Part shown: positions 24,863 through 37,518 of the stretch, one piece after another
Position numbering within the stretch: the first letter of the stretch is position 1
Layout: each line of letters begins with the position of its first letter
Origin: Dipteris shenzhenensis
Taxonomy: Eukaryota
Assembly: GCA_047967505.1 (NCBI GenBank)
Contig: CM106538.1
DNA length: 64,000 bases
Direction: 5' to 3' (one strand)
Notes under the pieces: model-generated
What the model saw: the letters and a program-made list of their open reading frames with translations, nothing else
Databases searched by the model: none
What the model was told of the DNA's origin: nothing
Made by a program: the position numbers and the translations under genes

Positions 24863-26914
24863 TGTATCCCTCTAATGCACTCAGTTTTGATGCTCCCTCC
24901 TCCCCTAGTATTTTATACAGAGTGTACCCTTTTGGTGTAAATAGTAACATGTTTGTATAGCATAGGAAAACAACCAAATTGACTACGGTAGTCTAGAACG
25001 AATGGGGTTATGCTAAATTGCATGTACTAAAGTGGGAATTTTATTGGAACATGACTAAGAAGGTGGTATACAATCACACGTGTCTTGCATATCCTACCTC
25101 ATTCATCTTTGCTAAACTTGCTCATTCATGTCTTTATGATAGGCAACCTAGAGGAAAGTTTTCCTTTTGTGAGACCTCATGTCACTATCTTCTAGATGTT
25201 GATCTTCATGAAGATCTAATGGTCTGAATTATGCTTTATTTTTATGGTGGAGAAAATTATTCATTGTGCAAGGCAACATGAACATCTTCAATATGACTCC
25301 GTGCTTTGTTCTGCTCTTTGCCTAGTGTAACCTCTCCATTGCAACTCCAACAGTTGCTTTGTAAAACTCCATGCACCTCATGCACTTCTTTCCCTCCAAT
25401 GAAGAGCAACTTATCCAAGCCATCGCCCAAGCCTCCAGGAAGCCTCCCTCCACCATCTCAAAATCAAAGTTGTCAACACTTGTTCCGATAGTGCCGCTAA
25501 GCTATATTGTGCCACATTAACGATTATCTTAAAGCAACAACAACTAAAGGAGCTACACCACTATAAGAAGGGGAAAGAGCTTCTAGACAATGTGCATGAC
25601 GACCAGGAAAATAAATGCTTTCATTGATGAGGCTTCTAACCTTACCTTGCATCTTAAGTTGGTGTTGAGATCGATGGTGATGGTGTCAACAAGAATCTTG
25701 TGGTGCAGGACGCTACACCAGTTTCAATCATAGAAGGCATAGCATAGATTAGGAAAGCTACTATTTTTGGCTTGCTTCTAATGTGCTCCCTCAAATCTTA
25801 TTCCCATATTCTATAATTACTAAGGTTAGCTTTGTTTTGATCGATTAGTTAATGTATAGATTTTGCAGAAGAAGATGTGGAAGCCCAATGGGATGCGTAG
25901 AGAGGAAATTAATCTCTCAAAGAAAGAAGGAGATTCAGGCATGAGATAGCTCCATGATACATTTGCTATACCATCCCCTTTATTGCTCTTGCTTGCTTGA
26001 GTTCTATTGTTTCTATCCTGGCTTGACAATTTCCAGCCCCCAGATGAGGAGTCCATGATTGTCTAGACTCTGACTTCATCCCCTATTGTCAAACTACATA
26101 TTGCAATTCACCACTTCACAAGCTAGAGCAGTTGAAGATTCACCTTATGGAGAAGGGAGGCTCATCTACCGCATGATGCTATAGTAGTGAAGGGTAAATT
26201 TTTGTAGGCTGCACCGTGTAGGATGTGATTTTTATCAGATTTAAATTCTTTATCTAGTGGAATTGAATAGATCATGCATGATCTATCCCAGCAATTGCTA
26301 ATGGCGGAGAAAACCTCTCAAGCGTGGCCACATTTATGCTCAACGACTCTCGCTCAATGCTCAAATTCCAACCATTTTTACTGTTGCAAGATGCCTATTG
26401 TAGGCTATTGAGCATGGCATTCTCCTTCCTATTTTTGCTCATCATCATGAAACCAAGCCAATGACAAAAGCCCACTCTCAAACAAGGATTATTGTAGAGG
26501 TAGTGCGATGACATGGCCCCTGCCTAGGCAGAGCAGATGGCTGCGTGGGCTATAAGTGGCAGTGCGGGGATTTCAGGGGGCGACGCGTGGGCTACAGGAC
26601 GATGACATGGCACCCGTCCATGGTGACATGGTAGAAACGATTGATAGTGCTGTTGATAATGTGAGTCTCAGAGACCTATTATGTGGCGCAACAGACAACA
26701 GACGACATGGCCGACGTGTCGATGGGTCTCGAAAATGGATGATGTGGCATAGATGACGCCTGCCAACATGGCTCACCAGAGACAGACCACAGACCTCAGT
26801 GGCACTGTAGACATCAATGATGTTGCATGGCGAACCACTCCAGGTGATGTGGCGGTGAAACGGACTCACAGACCCTACTGATATGCGAAGAGAGAGTAAA
26901 TGTGGTGCCGTTGG

Positions 26915-27138
26915 TAGAGAGAAGAGAGAGAAGAGGGAGGAGAGAGAGGAGACGAGAGAGAGACTCAGAGAGGGAGAGGGGAGAGAGATATAGAGAGCTC
27001 AGAGAGGTATATATATGTATATATATATATTTTTTCTATTATAATATTATATGATCTATATATTATATTTAAATATATAATATTATGTATAATATCTAAT
27101 ATATATTGTAATATTATATATATCCATACGAATAAGTA

Positions 27139-27174
<36 letters not shown>

Positions 27175-27267
27175 AAGAGAGAACAAAGAGAGTAGAGAGA
27201 GAGAGAGAGAGGGAGAGAGGAGAGAGAAAGAGTGAGAGAGGGGGAGGGAAGAGAGAGTCAGGGAGAG

Positions 27268-27306
<39 letters not shown>

Positions 27307-27376
27307 GTATTATAATATTATATATATACATACATATAACCAATATATATATAATATAAAGAGAGAACAAAGAGAA

Positions 27377-27421
<45 letters not shown>

Positions 27422-27560
27422 TATGTATATCAATATATAGCTATATAAATATAAATAATTAATTAAATACAAATGCAACATGTATAATATATGATATTAT
27501 AATATAAAATATATAATATACTATAAACTATTATATTTATATATTATATATCATACAATA
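26915..27560. repeat. Compound (GA)n/(TA)n low-complexity block with internal duplicated units
   Basis: Alternating GA and TA tracts; the motif ATAATATAAAGAGAGAACAAAGAGA occurs twice. Confidence 0.9.
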
Positions 27561-27941
27561 TATAGAGTTTGACTATGTTAAGTGGGTATATGGTCTTAAG
27601 CACAGAAGGGGAGAACCTATCCATGGCAGCTAGAGTCCAATTGCAAGCTTACTTTGAACGGAGCATTTGCATTGGTATTTTACAAAAAGTATGACATTCC
27701 GCCCACCTTGCCCCCCAACCATGCTTAAACCCCCATCCATGATAGACACTGTGCTAGAAATCTCCTCTAGAGACATAGCTCTCTAAAACTCTTTAGCTTC
27801 TTAGGTCTTGCCTGCCTCCCACGCCTTCTTGCCAAAGCAAAGCAGGCATAGGATATCCTGTGAAAGACTCTCTTATTTTTTCATTTACATTATCTTCTCT
27901 AAGGAGGGACTGAATATACCACGAATGGATTTGCTGTGGGG

Positions 27942-27987
<46 letters not shown>

Positions 27988-28679
27988 GGTGGTTTAGTGT
28001 CGAAGCTTCCTATCGATGGCAGCGGCTGGCAAGTGTTGGATTTTCGATGCCAACATTTATCACTTATAGTAAATCTCCATGTCTACAATGAGGAACCCGA
28101 AAGCTACTTTTGGGGGATAGATATACATAGGATTTATGGTGTGGTTCCTTAGTGAGTTGCTGGGATCACTAGACCACATAGCATCTCTATGTCCTTAGAA
28201 AACGAAAGCATGTGGACTGGGAGGTTTTTTTTCGAGGGGAAAATGAGGATTATACATTTAGCGTTTTGCACCTTTTCCACAAATCTGTGCTTGTTGATAG
28301 TAAGTATTCTAACTAATGAGTCAGATATTGTTAACATATAATTATATAAGTCTTTTGGTTCAATAATTATAATTCTTGCGCAGATACAAATCTGATTATT
28401 GGTAGTGTGGGATACACCTATCACTGACGCATGCATAGGATAGTACATAGGTGTAGACTTTTTGATTAGGAAGGTTTATGTAGCCAGTTCATCAGGGGGA
28501 TCATTTAGATATTGTATCTTGGCATATATGACTATTGTCCGATACAACATTTTGAAGTACACGCATTTGTAGAGTGGATTTTTTGATAAAGTATGTTGCT
28601 TTCAATTAAATGTCTTTGTTACATGCATATAGACGTACGTACACACACATATGTATATATATAATCTCTCTCTCTCTCT

Positions 28680-29130
28680 CTCTCTAAACCCTAGACCCCC
28701 CTCCCCCCCTCTCTCTCTTAGTGGGTTTTCGCCTTCTCTTGGCTTGGGTTGTCAATAAAAAAGCCATATATTAAAAATGTGCATTAAATGAAACACAAAG
28801 GGCATACAAAGTTGGAAAGCCCATCTACCTAAAATTGAAAATTGGCATTCTATACATCCCACCTTGGGACCCACCAGAGACGGGTCGTAGACGGGTCATG
28901 CTACTCGTGGTATGTAAAGACAAAGTTTTCCCTTCACGTGTAACAATTTCATTCCAAAGGGCCCCCCCTCATCCTTAGAGATAGGGCTAGGTTAAGAGGA
29001 AAGTCAAACACTTTTAACAGGAGGGAGTCTTAATGTTGGAGTCTTATTGTCTATTGTTATAGCTACATAAGTATTGTGTCGAGAAGAGCTTGTAATTGTG
29101 ACATTCGAGGTCACCTTGAACACGTGGGCT
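28680..29130 (+). promoter_or_regulatory. Putative promoter with telo-box, site II and TCP class I motifs
   Basis: AAACCCTA 28686-28693, AGCCCA 28818-28823, GGACCCAC 28867-28874, CACGTG near 28935 and at 29121, all upstream of the ATG. These are short motifs and could be chance matches. Confidence 0.4.
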
Positions 29131-29287
29131 ATGGAAGCTTATCCTTCTCCTGGTTCTGATGATGGGGACCTTCCTCCTCAGCATGGAGACGGCCCTGCTG
29201 CTCCTGGCGATGGCCCTGTCGTCTGCCTCTTCAGTGGCCTTCGTGACGGTTTTGCTGGCGGTGTCATGGGTTCCGTTTTCGGCTTCG
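29131..29287 (+). CDS. Exon 1 of a PRAT (Tim17/Tim22/Tim23) family translocase subunit, HP20/HP22 (TIM22-2/TIM22-3)-like
   Basis: MEAYPSPGSDDGDLPPQHGDGPAAPGDGPVVCLFSGLRDGFAGGVMGSVFGF-G resembles the HP20/HP22 motif PAVCL..FAGDA.GGA.MGSIFGYG as I recall it. It ends at a GT donor (G|GTACGC, 29288), phase 1. Confidence 0.8.
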
Positions 29288-29640
29288 GTACGCCTCATTG
29301 CGTCTCCCCAATCATTTACATCTTTTAAAATCCCTGTCGCTTGCAGGTCCTCCCTGCAGAAGTATAACATCTGATTTTCGCTCTAAGTTGTCATTGAGGT
29401 GTAACATACATAGAGAAAATTGATGCAATGATCTTGTCAATAATTGTACGTGTCCACTTTTGGTAACTTAGTAGTAGAACACTCGCTTCACAGGTTTTGC
29501 AAACAATGAATCGAAGATGCTCACTACTTTCAATGTAGAAACGACGTGTCTGCTCTGTGGGCTTGAGGATGTCAAATTGTTTCAAAACGAATGCTTCTTA
29601 AGTCCACAGTAAATCCTTTTCACAGCGAATATGCAGAGCA

Positions 29641-29785
29641 TTCTAGACCGCTCAGTCTTGATTGTTAGGAGTAATTGCCAATCGTGACCTATGTTCACCA
29701 TGGAACATGCAGGCCTTGACCCGTATAGAAACTAAATTCAGTTGTTGGCAATTACTCCTAACGATCAAGACTGAGCGGTCTAGAA
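29641..29785. repeat. Inverted repeat with 41-bp arms and one mismatch
   Basis: 29641-29681 versus 29745-29785. Confidence 0.95.
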
Positions 29786-30261
29786 GCAATTACTCCTAAA
29801 TTCAGTTGTTGGTTGAGCCATTATCAGATCTTTATCTTTCTCAACAAATTCTGATTTTTGCACTCTTCTGACTCCTTTTGATTAACATGGGATTTTAAGT
29901 GCATTTCTAGTAATTCCAAGTTGTCTCCAAACACTGCCGTCAGGAATTCCAATTATAATTGATAGGTTTTTGTGATTCTCTGGAGCTTGGTTGTTGTCAT
30001 TGGGTCAAGATACCTTTTTTCAGAAATTAAATCTGCGTGGTTTGTTTAGTTTAATGGACTGGTCAGTGGGGAATGGCAGCGTGCACTCTCTTTACAGTCT
30101 ATGAAGCTGTTTGGCATCATAGGATGGATCAGATTTGACCTGTGAGGTTGCTTGCAGCTCTTGTTCATTGTGAAATGCGTTATAATAACTTAGTGGAATA
30201 TGGCAATCTGCCATACCACCTGTAGACCCTCTATCCATTTTTTGTTGTCAGTTACTGGCTG

Positions 30262-31152
30262 CCACTTGGCATGTGTGATAGGATACTTTTGCTGTTATGC
30301 GTCAAAGTCTTATGATCAATCTTTCTACACAACTAGGATTAGTTCATCATTGACTTGTCACCAATCACATGATTCATGTACCGATTTGGAGTACGTGAAC
30401 TGCTAACCAACTTGTATACAGCAGAATGGTGAGACTGTAAATTAAAGTTGCTACAATCATAAAACCTAAATAAAACACGAGACTACTTTTGTCCATGGTT
30501 TAATTCGAGAAATTTGGAGATCATCGCAGGTTCATTTTAGCATGTGTAATAGAACGTACTCGTTGGAACAAGTTGTGGATGCTCTGTGTGTGTGTGTGTG
30601 CGCGCGCGCGCATCTAAAAGCTCCCAAAAACCATTCAGCAAGCAAGTAATGCATTCCTTCACCTAGTAGTAGTGGACCTAGAGGTCATGAAGGTGCTCAG
30701 ACAAGTGACCCAAGGTTTAGAATGTGAAGCTTTCAGCCCTAGTATCCAGGGTTATGTGCCAATTTGCAACAGATTTCAGCATTCACAAGCTGTCTTATGC
30801 TGTTTTGCAGTGAAATATAAACAGTCTACAGTGGTGTGGAGCATGCAGCACCTGGCATGTGTGATATGATACTTTTGCTGCCATGCGTCAAAGTCTTAAG
30901 ATTAATCTTTCTACACAACTGTATCATATTGACTTGTCACCAATCACATGATTCGTGTACCGATTGGAGTATGTGAACTACTAACCAACTTGTATATAGC
31001 AGATGGTGAGTCTACATATAAATCTAAAGTTGCCACAATCATAAAACCTAAAACATGAGACTACTTTTGTCCATTGTTTAATTCGAGAAATTCTGAGATC
31101 ATTGCAGGTGCATTTGTGATAGAACATACCCGTTAGAACAAGTTGTGGATGC

Positions 31153-31199
<47 letters not shown>

Positions 31200-31288
31200 T
31201 TCTCTTGCATAATTTTCTACAGGGCATGTGTTGGAGGCAGCCAGGTTCTCATGCAAGCTATTGGTATCAAAGGATGCTTATGTTGGAT

Positions 31289-31351
<63 letters not shown>

Positions 31352-31490
31352 CTAGATAAGTTGGTGGTGTTATCCTTGTCCCCCTGCTTTGTTCTCAATG
31401 GAAAGGTCAATTCTGTTGTAATGGAACTCCATTTTATAACATTCAGCAAGCAAGTGATGCATTCCCTTCACCAAGTAGGTGGACTGTAAA
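30262..31490. repeat. Diverged tandem duplication, period about 590 bp, with embedded microsatellites
   Basis: 30262-30585 aligns with 30849-31155; 30630-30678 aligns with 31438-31487. Confidence 0.85.
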
Positions 31491-32499
31491 ATGCGGGGAC
31501 TTGCTGTGCAGAAATAGATGAATGCAAACAGAGAACTCAAGCATGAGAGACACAAGAGATCTTCCTAACTATTGCACATTGCTTTATTTATGATGCTGGC
31601 ATAAATGACCTAACTACTGTCTGTACATTATTGCCAGAATGGCGTACAAAATGTATACCCCTCAGAGTATTATGCTGCTGCAAAATGAGTGCGAAATGCG
31701 CGGCTGGATTTGTGGATTTGCTGTGTCAACCAGTTCATCGACCAGGTTAGACTGACCTGGGTGGTCAGTTGGCTGCCCTGGTCTGGGCGGATTGAATAGC
31801 CTCCGGATGGCCTTCGAATGCTGCTGTACTGCCCTCCTCTGGATGGAGGTTGGCCGCCTGTTTTTGCCCTTGTTTGGCTTTTGTTTTGTGCTTTTTGGTG
31901 GTCTAAGCTTGGCCAGCCAGTGTGTTAGTAGTGCATTTGACATTCCCTCCTGCTTATGTTCTAGATGGTGGTAGATGCTGAGGGACTGAATGAACCTGCC
32001 AAGCAAAAGTGATTGTGATGAACACTAACTGTGGCTCGGAACTTGACTGTCCTCCCAAAGAAATGTACTCGCATTGGAACTGTGAATGTACTGCGTAACT
32101 GCTGTAGATAATGCCTTGTGGTGGTAAAAATGTGGCTCAATGTAGACTCTTGAGAACCTGTATTGCTGCGAAGACTGAAAGCTGAATTGCTGTGCCCAAT
32201 CATCCCCACCACGCTACTTCTGCGAACTTATGATCACTGGGTGGTATGGCACTCTAATAGGTGCTTGGAAATATGAATGGAAGCTGCCCTTGTGAAATGC
32301 TGAGGGCTGATTAGGCTGTTGATGCGGGTCACTGAACTCTGGAAGGCTAATGGTATGATACTGGCTACCGACTGCTGGCATACACCCTTCCTACTTCGGA
32401 AGAACCACCTGTCAGAGATCAATGCACCCATCTGTGAGCCCCTGATTAGTGGGGACAAAGGGGCAATAGATTGTGAGGGGGAGGGGACAGTTTTGGGCT

Positions 32500-33836
32500 G
32501 CATACCAGCAGCATTGGAGGCTGGAAGAAGTCCTACTGGACCCCCTGGCAGTCCTTTATATAGGCTGCCTAGGGGCCCTAACTTCAAAGAGTCTGGTAAG
32601 CTAGATGGGCACAAATTACCCCATCTGGAAGGTAAAGTTATGGAGTCACCTTGTGGCCCGGAAGCTTTGGAAGCTCACGATGGGAGTGGACGCAAAGCCA
32701 GAGGATGTTGTAGATCACAAGGGCAGGATTCTAAATCTTGATGCCGGTGGACAAAGATGAACTCGAAGCATGGGAGGATAGAGATTCCCATGCCTTGGCT
32801 TTAATCATAGGGACGACGACGGACTCTATGATTCCTCATATCAAGATGGTTGACTCGTCAGTGGAGGCGTGGGCCACTTTAAATACTTGTATGAGACAGA
32901 TCACACTTCTCGTATCTTGACTCCAGCATGAGCTTGTCAATATGCACATGAATGAGGGAGAGTCAATACTTGACCACTTGACGAAAGGTGAAGTGGTAAG
33001 AGATCAACTGGCATTGGTTGGTCAGAAGGTGGACACCTGTCAGTTGGCACTCTTGACACTCGGGAGTTTACCACACAGCTTCAAGGGATTCGTCACCACT
33101 GTGAGAGTAGAACAAAGGACCAAGCCTTTGAATTCGAAGAGCTTGGGCCCTTGCTACTACAGGAGGAAGCCCAGGAGAAGTTGTACAACAAGGACAATGA
33201 TAAAGCACTTTTGGCGAAGGACAAGCTCGGTAAGGGCAAGTCCAAGGACTCCAAACGACGCAAGGCCAACAACTTGGAGCAGAAAAAGAAGATAAAATGG
33301 TTCTACTGTGAAAAGCTTTGTCATTATGCGAAAGACTGCCGGAAGAAGAAGGTGGATCAAAAGAAAAAGGAGAAGTCTCATAGCAAGGAGTAGCCTAAGA
33401 CAGACGCATCAACGTCACTATTGGAGAGCTTTTCTTGTGCATAGAGCACTGCTTTGCTCATATAGCGAGTGACCACAAGGAGGCTTGGTATGTGGACAGT
33501 GGTGCCTCAAAACACATGTCCAACAAGTAGTGGTTCAAGACCATGGAGGGAATCCATCTCGACTCGAAGGTGACCGTAGGGGATAGCTCGACATGCCCTA
33601 TGAAGGGGGGTTGACAGCATTCCTTTCATCACTACAGCACGAGAAGAGAAGGTTAGATTCAGTGTGCTGTTTATTCCAGACCAGTGCAAGAATTTGCTCT
33701 TTGTGAGTTAGATGGATAAGCATAAGATGTTAGTACTCTTCGAGAATGGGGAAGTACCGCACTTCCAAGGAAGACGGTCAGATGGTGGCCCAAGGTGTCG
33801 AGGACGACGGCTTATACCAATTACATGCTTTAGTTG
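32500..33836 (+). mobile_element. Copia fragment C1 (gag-PR), degraded
   Basis: GKLDG..YPIWKVK, MNEGESILDHLTK, knuckle WFYCEKLCHYAKDC, WYVDSGASKHMS. Confidence 0.85.
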
Positions 33837-34096
33837 TGTTGGCGATATCATAGCCAAAGAGTGTGGTGATGTGATGTGTTAGTGTGAAGTACTAGATCAC
33901 CTAGTACTAGTCTATGTGTGTGAGTCATGTGTGAGTGCCACGTGTCATCATGGGACTTATCCCATATGCACTAGGTGCTAGTGTGTGAGTGAGTAGCCTA
34001 TATAAGGCTTGTACTTCACTTGTCTTGTCATACTTGATGAATGAATGAGAGCCTTTTCATTATGTCTTCATTTGTGCATCATTTCCTCACACCCTA

Positions 34097-34140
<44 letters not shown>

Positions 34141-36097
34141 CCATGTTTCTAACATGGTATCAGAGCCACCTTTTATAGCTTCCACGTCACCCTTGCCCTA
34201 ACCCTAATTTGTCACTCTTGCCCTAACCCTAATTCTGCTTCAGCCTCCTTCTCCATAGATTGCTGCCTCAATTCCGCCTCTATCTGCCCCTCCTTGCATC
34301 CATTTTGCATTTGTTTCTGACCTTACAGCCAGCCGCCTCTATTCAAGCTCTTGTGGAGCACTAGGCGACCTATTCCCTACTGGCCTGTGCGTTTTCTTGG
34401 AGGTTTTTTTTTTTTTGCCGAAAAAACAGTGCTAATTATATTACTTCGAGAACAAGATACAAGAGGTCAGCTTATAGCTGACGGCTGCGTTCACAAATCG
34501 GACGCAGCCCTAAAAGGTAGCAAAATAAACCATCCTCTCACGGAGGGATAAGACGAGTATGAATGAACAGCCATCGGGGTGGTGAGTAATGCCACCGAAG
34601 GCCCTGCGTAGTCTGCGCGAAGAAGAGGCCCTGTGTGTCCCAAGCCCGGAGGAAGCGTCTCCGCTTCTCCTGACCGGCCCGGGAGTCTCCCTGCGTTTTC
34701 TTGGAGGTACCTGCAAGGTGTGAAGGTTTTCGACGCCAAAACTGTCTTTTATTGCTGCTGCTGTGAAGTCGGCCACCTGGCAGCATTCTTTCCAGTAATT
34801 CGAGGTTTTTGAAGGTTTTTTTGACTTGTTTTGAGGCTACTGTTGCATTTTCGAGCTGGTTTGAGAGTGTTGCTGCAGGACCGCCTACTACAGCAGCATT
34901 TTTGGAGCTGTTCCTGGCTTCCAGCTCATCTACAACAGTCGGTTTTCATTGTGGTGGCCTACTACAACATTCAGAGTTGTTCTAGGGAGCCGCCAATCAC
35001 TTCAGAGAACTGCTGTTGCGCTTTTGGAGCACCTACAGCAACCGCCTTTGGACTTTGGGCGCTGCTGTGTGTATTTTAGAGCATTTACAGCCACCGCCTA
35101 TCTGCTGCGAACATCTACAAGAGCTCTGAAGCATTCGAAGCTGTTCCAGGGAGCCGCTTTTCACTTTGGAGCTGTCCTGCGTCATCTCGAGGTGTAATCT
35201 TGCTGCTTTTTCATTAGGGTTTGCCTTTCCGGACACCCTCTTGCTGTGTTTTGATCAGGGTTTACATTTTGGAGCCTCCGAGGCTCTTCTTCTCATTCGG
35301 TGACTCTCCGATTGGCACATTGAGAGTCATGACATGCTGTCCCTCGGTAGCTGCTCCTATGGCCTTCATCGACACATCATTTGCGGGAATCCTTGCCTGG
35401 TTCTTCACCGACATACCTCTTCGCATCAGGATGTGCACACTCTTGTGCGGTAGCTACTTCGGGATCATGGGTTCTCAGCCCTTGCTATGCATAAAATGAA
35501 TGAAAATATTTCTATGTTTGAGTTAAAGGTTCTCGGCCTTGAGTAGTCCCTCTAAAATGAATGTTTGAAGAGTCAATAAGAGGTCCTCTGTCCTGGGTTA
35601 TCCCCCAAAAATGATTGTATTGTGTTTAACTTTGGTCGATGGTATTGACCACCCAGTTCAAAGTAAGGGGGGATGACGAGTGATGGTTTGCCCTTGCCGG
35701 TCGCAAGCTGACTGAGAAGTCACTATGAGACGGGAGGTGTTGGATAGTTGGACTTGCTCTTTGTAGTATTGCGGTGGAGGAAGGATTGGTCTACTCTTGC
35801 GTGTTGCATCTCACACCTCTTTGCTATGAATGGGGGTGTTGGCAATATCATAGCCAAAGAGTGTGGTGATGTGATGTGTTAGTGTGAAGTACTAGGTGAT
35901 CTACTACTAGTCTATGTGTGTGAGTCATGTGTGAGTGCCACGTGTCATCATGGGACTTATCCCATATGCACTAGGTGCTAGTGTGTGAGTGAGTAGCCTA
36001 TATAAGGCTTGTACTTCACTTGTCTTGTCATACTTGATGAATGAATGAGAACCTTTTCATTATGTCTTCATTTGTGCATCATTCCCTCACACCCTAA

Positions 36098-36128
<31 letters not shown>

Positions 36129-36143
36129 CACCATGTTTCTAAC
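33837..36143 (+). mobile_element. Non-autonomous LTR element D (TRIM/LARD-like, about 2.3 kb, non-coding interior)
   Basis: LTRs 33837-34154 and 35837-36143; PBS TGGTATCAGAGCC 34155-34167; PPT ATGAATGGGGG before 35837. No retroelement domain inside and no matching TSD. Confidence 0.88.
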
Positions 36144-36639
36144 TCAGTCTCCTGGCCCTTCTTTGGTGCAGCCCTTGCCTCTTTTGCTCTTCGGTCTACC
36201 TCTATTGATAGAGGCAACAGAGTTGCCTCTCCTTCACCTTCTTCAAGTGCGGGGATTCTTCGTATTCCTTTGCCAGGCTTGATTCATAGGAACTCCTTCT
36301 CCATACTTGTAGATTTGGTGGATATTGGGGAGGAGGAGTTTGTACCCTTCACTTTTGGGAATGCTATTTTGGGAATCCCTATCGACAGGGCACCCCCCTC
36401 TACAGGTGTAGGGGTTCTTTCTCCCATGGATTTTCCTCCCCTTGGCGAGTAAGAGTCTACCTAGGGTAGGTTTGTTTCAGCTACCAGGTCAGGTAAGATG
36501 TTTCATCTGACTTCCTTGCATGGATGATGATTGTTAGTTGGAACATACAGGACGTGGGTGGTGTGCCACATCACTATCGTAGGCAGCTGATTCATATTCA
36601 GCCCCATCTAGGTGTTACTAGGGGCCCCATTGATATTCT

Positions 36640-37490
36640 TTTTGTTTAGGAGCACAAATTGGATACCAGAGATTGTGCCAAATCAGGAAAACTTCTATCA
36701 CTGGAAGACAGGTCTACGAGTGCTGAGGTATCTGAAGGGTACTTGCACATACAAGATGGCATACACTACTGGGATTGAGATAGGCTGTGACTCAGATTGA
36801 GCAAGTGACAACGACACCAGGCGTTCGACTTCAAGGGCCATTTCCTAGCTGAGCAAGAACCAATCCTAAGTTGTCCTTTCTTCTACAGAGACGGAGTACC
36901 GAGTTGTGTGCACTACAACATGCCAAACATTGTGGCTTAGGTGGATACTTGAAGATATGGATACCTTTTGATTAGCCTTCTCCTTTAGTGCTAGCCTTCA
37001 TCATGGCTGAGTCTGCCCTTCACCTCCGGAGTGCCGACAGAAACTCAGTACGAAGACTTTGTATAAATGGATGCTTAAGTATGTGTGGGTGTGTGGATTT
37101 GTATGTGTGAGAGCATATTTTTATACTATGGTCTACACCCACTATTGGGCGCTGATGACGTCAGTGGGGATGTCATAGTAGCTAGTCCCTGCTATGCATG
37201 ATGGAGTTCATGGTTTTCAACCTTGTGAGTGACTATCATGAGATTGAAACTGCACTATGTTGTGTTTTTAGAGGATGAGTTTGGGAATGTTCCTGGATTC
37301 ATCTAGGTATATGGACGTGTTTTAGGAGGCGGCGATGGTGATCATGTGCGACAAGCAAAGTTGCATAGCCATCGTGAAGGACCCATTGTTCCATGCATGG
37401 ACGAAGCACATCGACGTCCATTACCACTTCGTACGAGAGCTCATCATTGACGATGTCCTAGAGTAATGTACTGTCTGAATGCTCATAACC
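36640..37490 (+). mobile_element. Copia RT-end/RNase H fragment, interrupted by a 350-bp insertion
   Basis: RVLRYLKGT, DNDTRRSTS, WLRWILEDM|..VIMCDKQSCIAIVKDPLFHAWTKHIDVHYHFVRELI. Confidence 0.85.
36961..37310 (-). mobile_element. 350-bp insertion with ATACCT/AGGTAT ends and a short flanking duplication; decayed hammerhead-like motif
   Basis: Removing 354 bp restores the RNase H frame. The duplication reads either ATGG (4 bp) or ATATGGA (7 bp). The minus strand carries TATAAAAA. The insertion itself is well supported; the ribozyme reading is speculative. Confidence 0.7.
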
Positions 37491-37518
37491 TTTTCGACCA
37501 GCTCTCCCACAGGAGCAA

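Noticed and set aside
29044-29374. Alternative overlapping ORFs at the host exon
   Set aside because: Only the frame from ATG 29131 matches a known family and ends at a splice donor.
33837-34154. Cassandra-type TRIM with 5S rRNA in the LTR
   Set aside because: No 5S-like sequence recognised in the D or I LTRs.
35482-35828. hAT-like insertion with 8-bp TSD TTGCTATG inside D
   Set aside because: No terminal inverted repeats between the two 8-mers.
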